Origin: a virus | Strand: one strand, 5' to 3' | Virus record (IMG/VR): IMGVR_UViG_3300021091_005158 | Span: 6,070-70,069 of that record | DNA: 64,000 nt | Shown: positions 57,052-64,000 of the stretch, piece by piece | Position numbering within the stretch: position 1 is the stretch's first letter | Layout: each line of letters begins with the position of its first letter | Made by a program: the position numbers and the translations under genes | Notes under the pieces: generated by a model | What the model was told of the DNA's origin: nothing | What the model saw: only the letters and a program-made list of their open reading frames with translations | The model's database searches: none

Positions 57052-58365
57052 ATGAAGCAGTTCTGTGTTATTTCAGCTCCGCCGGATACTTATAGCGGTT
57101 ATGGAGCAAGAGCGAGGGATTTTATAAAAGCAGTTTACGAACTAAAAAAAGATCAATGGGATATAAAAATTATGTCTCAGAGATGGGGTAGTACTCCTTG
57201 GGGTTTTATAGATGATAATCTAGAGGAGTGGGGATGGATGAAACCTCTTTTAATAAACAATCAGTTACCTAAGCAACCAGATGTATGGATACAGATTACG
57301 GTTCCAAATGAATTTCAGCCTGTAGGTAAAGTAAATATCGGAGTAACTGCCGGAATAGAGACTACTGTATGCGACCCCGAATTCATTATAGGATGTAATA
57401 AAATGAATTTAGTTTTAGTATCTTCTAATCATGCTAAAAAAGTATTTGAAAGTACTACTTATGAGCAGAGGGATAAAAATAGTAACGCTGTAGTTGAAAT
57501 AATTAAAATAAAAGCCCCTGTAGAGATATTATTTGAAGGTGTAGATTTAAATAAGTATTTTTATATCCCTAAAGAACAATTAGAGTGTACTCCTCTTGTC
57601 AATAATCTAAATAGTATTTCAGAGCAATTTAGTTACTTATTTGTGGGGCATTGGCTCCCAGGAGACTTCGGCGAAGATAGAAAGAATACGAGTCTTTTAA
57701 TTAAGATATTTTTAGAATCGTTTAAAGATAAAAAAGAACAACCAGCCTTGATTTTAAAAACTTCTCAAGCTGGTGCTAGCATAATGGATAGAGATGAGGT
57801 ATTAAGAAAAATAGATATAATTAGAGAAAGCGTAGAAGCAAAAAAACTTCCAAATATTTATCTCGTACACGGTGATTTAGATGATAAGGAGATTAACAAT
57901 TTATATAATCATCCAAAAGTGAAGGCTTTCGTATCTCTAACTAAAGGAGAAGGCTTCGGTAGACCATTAGCTGAATTCAGTCTATCTAAAAAACCTTTAA
58001 TCGCTTCAGGATGGTCCGGTCATACTGATTTTTTGAACCCTGAATTTAGCATCCTTCTCCCAGGAGAAATAACTCCCGTACATCCTTCAGCATTTGCAAA
58101 AGGGCTAATTATAGAAGGCTCATCTTGGTTCTCAGTCAATCATTCTGCAGCTGCCCAAGCTTTAGTTGACGTTTATAAAAATTATAGTAAATTTGAAGGA
58201 CCTGCTAAGAGGCAAGCTTATAAAATTAAAAATGAATTTAACTGGGACAACATGGTCTTAGTTTTAAATGAATATTTAAACCGTTACGTACCTGAACAAA
58301 AAGAGATAGTATTACCTAAGCTAAAAAAAATTGAACTTCCTAAACTTACAAAATTAACTTTATGA
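57052..58365 (+). CDS. Glycosyltransferase, GT-B fold (GT4-like)
   Basis: TKGEGFGRPLAEFSLSKKPLIASGWSG: the same GT-B C-terminal motif. Confidence 0.5.
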   Translation: MKQFCVISAPPDTYSGYGARARDFIKAVYELKKDQWDIKIMSQRWGSTPWGFIDDNLEEWGWMKPLLINNQLPKQPDVWIQITVPNEFQPVGKVNIGVTAGIETTVCDPEFIIGCNKMNLVLVSSNHAKKVFESTTYEQRDKNSNAVVEIIKIKAPVEILFEGVDLNKYFYIPKEQLECTPLVNNLNSISEQFSYLFVGHWLPGDFGEDRKNTSLLIKIFLESFKDKKEQPALILKTSQAGASIMDRDEVLRKIDIIRESVEAKKLPNIYLVHGDLDDKEINNLYNHPKVKAFVSLTKGEGFGRPLAEFSLSKKPLIASGWSGHTDFLNPEFSILLPGEITPVHPSAFAKGLIIEGSSWFSVNHSAAAQALVDVYKNYSKFEGPAKRQAYKIKNEFNWDNMVLVLNEYLNRYVPEQKEIVLPKLKKIELPKLTKLTL

Positions 58366-58604
58366 CATCTAAAGAATTTACTACCTGGTTAAAAGGATTT
58401 TCTAAAGCAGCTAATTCGTACAATATTACTCCCGAGCAATGGGATACTATTCTAGAAGAACTTAATAAAGTACAAGACACGTTGTCTTTTCCTGATTATA
58501 GTCCTAAGCCTAATGCAACATCAGATATGCCCGAACCTATAAAGATTTGGCATTCTACTAACACTAATCTACTTCTAAAAGATAAAACGCTACTGAATGA
58601 CTGA
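58362..58604 (+). CDS. Hypothetical protein
   Basis: ORF only. Confidence 0.25.
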   Translation: MTSKEFTTWLKGFSKAANSYNITPEQWDTILEELNKVQDTLSFPDYSPKPNATSDMPEPIKIWHSTNTNLLLKDKTLLND

Positions 58605-59040
58605 TCAGATGATAATATGCCCTAAATGTGGATGCGACGGCTGCTACGTAACACCCATAAACGAAACTAAATTTAATTATTTCTGCTGGGGATGTGGCTT
58701 TCAGACTAACGATTTAATGAAGCAAGGAGAGTTTAATTTTGAAGAATACGAAGAAACTCTACCTGAACTTTATAAGGATACTAAATTTGTAGATAATCAA
58801 CAGAGAGTATGGTATCCAATTAGTATCAACATATCCGATAGAGGCACTGTTTTTCTGAATGGAAAGACTAAAGAAGAAACGCAATGGTCGGCTATTAAAG
58901 TAATTCCTTTAACCGAGGAAGAAAAAAAGCAACCGAAGTATAAAAATTTATCCTATAAATCTGATGCTAAATCAATCAAGCACTTTGGAAGTGATTTTAT
59001 AGAAGCGTGTGATTATATTGGAGTATTTAATCAAGAATAA
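58597..59040 (+). CDS. Zinc-ribbon protein
   Basis: CPKCGCDGC ... CWGCGF. Confidence 0.35.
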   Translation: MTDQMIICPKCGCDGCYVTPINETKFNYFCWGCGFQTNDLMKQGEFNFEEYEETLPELYKDTKFVDNQQRVWYPISINISDRGTVFLNGKTKEETQWSAIKVIPLTEEEKKQPKYKNLSYKSDAKSIKHFGSDFIEACDYIGVFNQE

Positions 59041-59654
59041 TGTTCAGAATAAGTTACGCTGTTACCGCTCATAACGAGCACGAGGAATTAGCTCGTCTAC
59101 TTGATCAGCTAGATAGAGGTATCAGAGACGTAGACGAGGTAGTTATTCAAGTTGATACTTCTGTAACTAAAGAGGTATTGGAAGTTATAAGCAGGTATCC
59201 GGCATTCTCACTATGGCAGTTTCCGTTGAAGGGCAACTTTGCTGCATTCAAGAATAATCTGAAGAGCAAATGTACTGGAGAATGGATATTCCAGATCGAT
59301 GCAGATGAATATCTATACCCTGAATTATTATTGAATTTACCTGAAATATTAGCTGCAAATCCTACTGTAGATCTTTTCTTGGTACCTAGAATAAATTTAG
59401 TAGAAGGTCTAACTCAAGAGCATATTCAGAAATGGAGATGGCATGTAAACGATACCGGCTATGTTAACTTCCCTGATTACCAAACAAGAATACTCCAAAA
59501 TTCCCCGAAGATTAGCTGGGTAAGTAAAGTACATGAAGTAATTATCGGACATAGTAATTATGTTATGCTTCCTGCAACTGAAGAGTTTTGTTTAATACAT
59601 AAGAAAGGAATAGAGAGACAAGAAAGTCAAAATGCTTTTTATAATACATTTTAA
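59040..59654 (+). CDS. Glycosyltransferase family 2-like
   Basis: N-terminal YAVTAHNEHEELARLLDQL (cf. the GT2 PtYNe...L...L motif) and the FQIDADEY DxD. Confidence 0.5.
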   Translation: MFRISYAVTAHNEHEELARLLDQLDRGIRDVDEVVIQVDTSVTKEVLEVISRYPAFSLWQFPLKGNFAAFKNNLKSKCTGEWIFQIDADEYLYPELLLNLPEILAANPTVDLFLVPRINLVEGLTQEHIQKWRWHVNDTGYVNFPDYQTRILQNSPKISWVSKVHEVIIGHSNYVMLPATEEFCLIHKKGIERQESQNAFYNTF

Positions 59655-60586
59655 TGAAAAGTTTAAAAGTAGCAATATATGAATCATTAGATCATTTCGT
59701 TCCTGGAGGAGTTGGATGGTATGAAGGACTAGAAAACCTAGGTCACGAACCTTATATTCTTGAATTTAAATATGACTTAAACGCATACGAGCTTCCAGAA
59801 AGTCCAGATCTCTTAGTTATTATGGGAATAACTCCTGAGATGTTAATACCTGTTTTAACGTTTAAAGACAAACATCCAAGCACTAAAATTATTGTTAATT
59901 TTTCTGGCTTTAAAGATTACTTTTTAAGATTAAAAGGGGTAGTAGATCTTTGGATAGAGCCATTTATGAAGCATGAATATGTTAAAAAGAAGTTTGAAGA
60001 AAATGGACTGCCGGTAGCATTCTTACCTCTAGCAGCTACTCAAAGTATTTACTATAAAACTGTAAACGAATTTAGTAAAACCTACGATGTAAGCTTTGTA
60101 GGAGGATTCGGAGGCCAAGGACATGGATATAGATATCAAGATGTTTATTTATTTCCTGTGATCGATAGAGGTTATAAGGGTTTCTTTGGAGGCTTCTATT
60201 ATAAAGGTATAAACTATCCTACCGTTAAATACTCTTTTTTAAATGAAGTATATAACGCTACCAAAGTAAATTTGAACTTCCATTACGACCAACAAAAAAG
60301 AGAGCAGTTAGACCAAGAAGGATTTAAGTTAGATTTTAATACTAGGGTTTATGAAATAGCATTAAGTAATAATTTCCAAATAAGCGATCATCCCGAGGTG
60401 TTAAATGTTTTTGACGGGGCTATTCCTTATATTTCGAAAGAGGATTGGATAGACGCTATTGACTTTTACTTAGATAAACCTGATCTAAGAGCGGAGCTAG
60501 CATTAAGAGCAAATCAAATATGTCTTGAAAAGCATACATGGAAACAAAGAATGATAGAATTTTTTAATATACTTTCAAACAAGTGA
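59654..60586 (+). CDS. Hypothetical protein (glycosylation locus)
   Basis: ORF only. Confidence 0.25.
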   Translation: MKSLKVAIYESLDHFVPGGVGWYEGLENLGHEPYILEFKYDLNAYELPESPDLLVIMGITPEMLIPVLTFKDKHPSTKIIVNFSGFKDYFLRLKGVVDLWIEPFMKHEYVKKKFEENGLPVAFLPLAATQSIYYKTVNEFSKTYDVSFVGGFGGQGHGYRYQDVYLFPVIDRGYKGFFGGFYYKGINYPTVKYSFLNEVYNATKVNLNFHYDQQKREQLDQEGFKLDFNTRVYEIALSNNFQISDHPEVLNVFDGAIPYISKEDWIDAIDFYLDKPDLRAELALRANQICLEKHTWKQRMIEFFNILSNK

Positions 60587-60587
60587 T

Positions 60588-61223
60588 ATGACTACAGTAA
60601 CTTACGATACTACTACCTTTCCATTTAAAGAAGCTATTGAAAAACTATTTGAGGTTAATGATCTTGCTTTATTAAATGATGAAGTAGATGTTTTCAAGAG
60701 AGAGAATGATCAAAGTACAAAGTACCATAAAGCTTTCTACGAGTGGGCGCGAACAGATTCATTCGAAAAGCTCTACAATAGTTTCATTCTTAAAGTAGTT
60801 AAACCTTTATATGGCGAACAGATAGTATATCAAGCAATTCCTACCTTCAGAGTTGCTTACCCTAATAATATTGCCGTTGGAGAGTTTCATAAGGATAAAA
60901 ATTATAGAGACGTTAAATGGGCAGGAGAAGTAGATGAAGATAATTTCTTCTTACCTTTTACTGAGGCCTTCGATACTAATACTATTTGGGTAGAATCTGA
61001 AGAAGATAAAGGGGATTATCTACCTATAGAGTGTAAGTATGGAGAATTGGTACAGTGGGATGGTGCCAATCTAAGACATGGAAATAAAATTAATATAACA
61101 GGTAAGTGCCGAGTTAGTGTAGACTTTAGGGTTATGACTTATTCTAGATACAAGCCAAGTGAGTATGGTTCTATAAATACTAAAACTAAATTCCAGATAG
61201 GAGGTTATTATAGAACTGTATAA
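60588..61223 (+). CDS. Putative 2OG-Fe(II) oxygenase-like protein
   Basis: GEFHKDKN (HxD) ... ANLRHGN (distal His). Confidence 0.35.
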   Translation: MTTVTYDTTTFPFKEAIEKLFEVNDLALLNDEVDVFKRENDQSTKYHKAFYEWARTDSFEKLYNSFILKVVKPLYGEQIVYQAIPTFRVAYPNNIAVGEFHKDKNYRDVKWAGEVDEDNFFLPFTEAFDTNTIWVESEEDKGDYLPIECKYGELVQWDGANLRHGNKINITGKCRVSVDFRVMTYSRYKPSEYGSINTKTKFQIGGYYRTV

Positions 61224-61234
61224 AACTATACAAA

Positions 61235-61813
61235 ATGATTCTAAAAAAAATTTACGAAACAATTATTAGTACTACACCTGAAACAATTAATAATGTTGAA
61301 GTAGAGGAACTATCCTTGAATATTACAGATCATAATTATAGGAATTTTTTTACTGACAAAGCAGGAAGAGAGCATTATAGACTGCTAGTAAATATTGCCA
61401 GTTTAGTTAGTAATGAAATTATTATAGACCTAGGGACTCACATAGGATGTTCATGTTTAGCACTAGCATCAAATAAAACTAATACTGTTCATTCGTTTGA
61501 CCTAGTTGATAGAAGAATGGTAAATCAGCCTACTGATAACTGCTATTTTTATGTAGAGAATATTTTAGATACTGAAAAGATTCAACTGTTTGAGAAAAGT
61601 AGTATAATAATTTTAGATACAGCTCATGACGGTCCTTTTGAAAACGCCGTTTATGAATATCTTAAAAAAATAAACTGGAAAGGAATTTTACTTCTCGATG
61701 ACATTTATTTAAATGATGCTATGGTAAGTTATTGGAATGAAATAACTTATGAAAAAAAAGACATTACTAATTTAGGACATTTTAGCGGAACAGGTATAGT
61801 TCTTTTTGATTAA
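61235..61813 (+). CDS. Class I SAM-dependent methyltransferase
   Basis: Motif I IIDLGTHIGCSCLALA; acidic motif II IIILDTAHD. Confidence 0.5.
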   Translation: MILKKIYETIISTTPETINNVEVEELSLNITDHNYRNFFTDKAGREHYRLLVNIASLVSNEIIIDLGTHIGCSCLALASNKTNTVHSFDLVDRRMVNQPTDNCYFYVENILDTEKIQLFEKSSIIILDTAHDGPFENAVYEYLKKINWKGILLLDDIYLNDAMVSYWNEITYEKKDITNLGHFSGTGIVLFD

Positions 61814-61815
61814 CT

Positions 61816-62574
61816 ATGAATAAATTTATTATTCTTACAGCAGCATATAAGGTTTCTAGATGGATTGAGATGTACGTTAATATGCTTAAGTTTCAATCCT
61901 ATAAAAACTTCGAGGTGTATTTTGTTGATGATGCATCTCCAGATAATACTATAGGGAGGTTGATAGAAGAGATAGCTGGAGATACCAGGTTTCATATTTT
62001 TAAAAACGAATTTAATGCCGGATCCCCATTAGAAAATATTGTTAAAGCCTTCGATTATGCTAATCCTGCAGATGAAGATATCATTGTTAATATAGACGGG
62101 GACGATTGGCTAGCTTCAGTGTTCGTTTTACAGTATCTAAATAGCGTCTACAATAACACACAATGTTGGCTGACTTATGGTAACTATCAAATGTACCCAA
62201 GCGGACAATTAGGCGGACACGCATCTCTTTCTATTCCGAATGAAGTAAGTGATGCAAATGCTTACAAGCAATATCCTTTTGTATCCAGTCACTTACGGAC
62301 TTACAAAGCAGGCCTTTTTAAAAAAGTCGATAGGAACGATCTGTTAGATCCTAGAACAGGTAAGATTTATACTGAAGCGAGTGATCTAGCGCTTATGTTT
62401 CCTATGCTTGAAATGGCTGGGAATAAAAGAGCTATTAAAACAGATGACATACTCTTGATTTTGAATAGAGAGAATGAAATGAATGAAGCTAAATTAGGGT
62501 TGAATAAACAAAAAGAAACAGAAGCGATTATTAGAACAAAGCAGAAAGTCTATGACAGGATTCATAACCTGTGA
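61816..62574 (+). CDS. Glycosyltransferase family 2
   Basis: FEVYFVDDASPDNT (the DDAS.D.T signature) and NIDGDDWL (DxD). Confidence 0.7.
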   Translation: MNKFIILTAAYKVSRWIEMYVNMLKFQSYKNFEVYFVDDASPDNTIGRLIEEIAGDTRFHIFKNEFNAGSPLENIVKAFDYANPADEDIIVNIDGDDWLASVFVLQYLNSVYNNTQCWLTYGNYQMYPSGQLGGHASLSIPNEVSDANAYKQYPFVSSHLRTYKAGLFKKVDRNDLLDPRTGKIYTEASDLALMFPMLEMAGNKRAIKTDDILLILNRENEMNEAKLGLNKQKETEAIIRTKQKVYDRIHNL

Positions 62575-63355
62575 TATTTTAGGTCCAGGAGACGGTAAGT
62601 ATAATTTCGGATTATGTAACCAAATGTTTCAGGTAGCAGCTTTGTATAGTCATGCTTATGATAATAACCTTAAAGTTACATTTCCTCAAATTAAGAATCC
62701 TTCTTTTGGTAACTATCACCATAATATTTTTTCTAAGGTACCTCGAGAAGATATTGATGCTAGTAAGTTTTTTTATCTAGAATTGAATTATGGATATCAT
62801 GATCTCAAATCACATGATGATATTATCTATAGAGGTTATATGCAATCTGAAAGATATTTTGCTCATAACCGTCAATTAATCCTAGATCTATTTTCTCCTA
62901 CCGATCAGATAAAAAAGTATATTGAAGATAAATACAGAAAAATTCTAAGCTGTAATGCTTTATCAATTCATATACGGAGAGGCGATTATGTAAACTTGCC
63001 TAACCATCATCCGATTGCAAGTAGTGAGTACTATACAAGAGCAATCAAGTATCTAACTTCAAATACTCAGATTGATAGTTATGTAATTTTTAGTGATGAT
63101 ATAAACTACTGTAAAGGAGTATTTGGAGAATCAGAAGATATTACTTATATTGAAAGAGAAGAAGACTATATCGATCTATACCTAATGTCATACTGTAATC
63201 ATAATATTATCGCCAATAGTACTTTCAGCTGGTGGGGAGCATGGCTTAATCAAAATCAAAATAAAATAGTCATAGCACCTAAGGAGTGGTTCGGTCCTGC
63301 AAGAATAGATCTAGATACACGAGATCTGATCCCTGAAACTTGGATAAAACTATAG
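62552..63355 (+). CDS. Alpha-1,2-fucosyltransferase-like (GT11)
   Basis: GLCNQMFQVAALYSHA (GT11 motif I, G.LGNQMFQyA) and LSIHIRRGDY (GT11 HxRRGD motif). Confidence 0.7.
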   Translation: MTGFITCDILGPGDGKYNFGLCNQMFQVAALYSHAYDNNLKVTFPQIKNPSFGNYHHNIFSKVPREDIDASKFFYLELNYGYHDLKSHDDIIYRGYMQSERYFAHNRQLILDLFSPTDQIKKYIEDKYRKILSCNALSIHIRRGDYVNLPNHHPIASSEYYTRAIKYLTSNTQIDSYVIFSDDINYCKGVFGESEDITYIEREEDYIDLYLMSYCNHNIIANSTFSWWGAWLNQNQNKIVIAPKEWFGPARIDLDTRDLIPETWIKL

Positions 63356-63356
63356 C

Positions 63357-63770
63357 ATGGAAAATATTTACAGTAAGCATGAGACTGAAGTTTTACTTCA
63401 CATTATCGTTCGAAAAGAAGATATGGCTCCTGGAAGAAAAGATATCGTTTCTGAAGAGAATTTTATTCAATGTTCTATCCTCAATATGGAACAGGGTAAA
63501 ACTTTTAGACCTCACAGACATATTTGGAAAGAGAGAACAAGAGATGTAATTGCACAAGAGAGTTGGATTGTAGTTCAAGGCAAAGTAAAATGTATTTTCT
63601 ACGATTTAGATGATACTATTATTGCTGAGCGTATTTTAGAACCAGGAGATGCAAGCTTTACTCTTCAAGGAGGACATAATTATTTAATACTAGAAGACAA
63701 TACTTTGGTTTACGAGTATAAAACAGGTCCTTATGAAGGACAAGCTTTAGATAAAACATTTATAGATTAA
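63357..63770 (+). CDS. Cupin-fold sugar ketoisomerase/epimerase-like protein (FdtA/WxcM-like)
   Basis: About 137 aa; beta-rich pattern IVVQGKVKCIFYDLDD ... PGDASFTLQGGHNYLILEDNT. Confidence 0.4.
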   Translation: MENIYSKHETEVLLHIIVRKEDMAPGRKDIVSEENFIQCSILNMEQGKTFRPHRHIWKERTRDVIAQESWIVVQGKVKCIFYDLDDTIIAERILEPGDASFTLQGGHNYLILEDNTLVYEYKTGPYEGQALDKTFID

Positions 63771-63775
63771 TCTAT

Positions 63776-64000
63776 GAGAATATTATTATTATTTTTATTA
63801 CTTATTTCAAATGTCTTTGCCCAAGACACAATTACAATTTATCATAAAGCTTATTCTACTACATTTAGTAAATCAAAACACTATCCTGTTAAAGTAGAAT
63901 GGTGGTTAACTAAAAGTAAGTTAATATGTGATACTAAAGCTAAACGTGGTGATAAATTTATTTCTGACCCTAAATTAGCTAATGAAACTAATTTACAATC
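63776..64000 (+). CDS. Secreted protein, possibly DNA/RNA non-specific endonuclease (3' end outside window)
   Basis: Signal peptide MRILLLFLLLISNVFAQ; YSTTFSKSKHYPVKVEWWLTK resembles the N-terminal region of Endonuclease_NS. Confidence 0.3.

Overview
The window reads as a contiguous segment of a large tailed dsDNA phage genome (about 35% GC). Nearly every gene is on the + strand, and ribosome-binding sites are A-rich rather than Shine-Dalgarno-like. Several upstream regions carry TAnnTTTG-like -7 elements, which fits a Bacteroidetes (Flavobacteriia-type) host. The segment holds, in order: (i) the tail of a sugar-tailoring/glycosylation locus at 1-3.8 kb; (ii) a P2/Mu-like contractile-tail module at 4.4-18.9 kb (sheath, tube, chaperone with a T9 slippery tract, tape measure, LysM-like protein X, and a 1409-aa hub/spike); (iii) a replication/recombination/nucleotide block with a compact second family-A polymerase, an SSB-like protein, a RecA-like ATPase, a DenV-glycosylase::FEN fusion, a DnaB helicase and a class II RNR; (iv) a tail-fiber-like protein with 17-aa tandem repeats; (v) a 7-deazaguanine DNA-hypermodification cluster (FolE, QueD, QueE, QueC, DpdA-like, QueF-like, PurN-type formyltransferase, dCTP-deaminase-like) interleaved with SPFH, Smr and SDR-epimerase genes; (vi) a phage-encoded ribosomal protein bS21, the main family-A DNA polymerase, and a proteostasis set (Hsp20 flanked by a 14-bp inverted repeat, GroES, GroEL); (vii) a metallophosphoesterase, thioredoxin, a tmRNA-like gene, an OMP-like protein, IscA, and a three-element tRNA array; (viii) a Cas4-like nuclease and a second, larger glycosylation locus (GT4 x2, GT2 x2, GT11 fucosyltransferase, methyltransferase, 2OG oxygenase, cupin). 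No integrase, CRISPR array or rRNA is visible. All functional calls rest on motif-level reading of the translations and remain unverified by database search.
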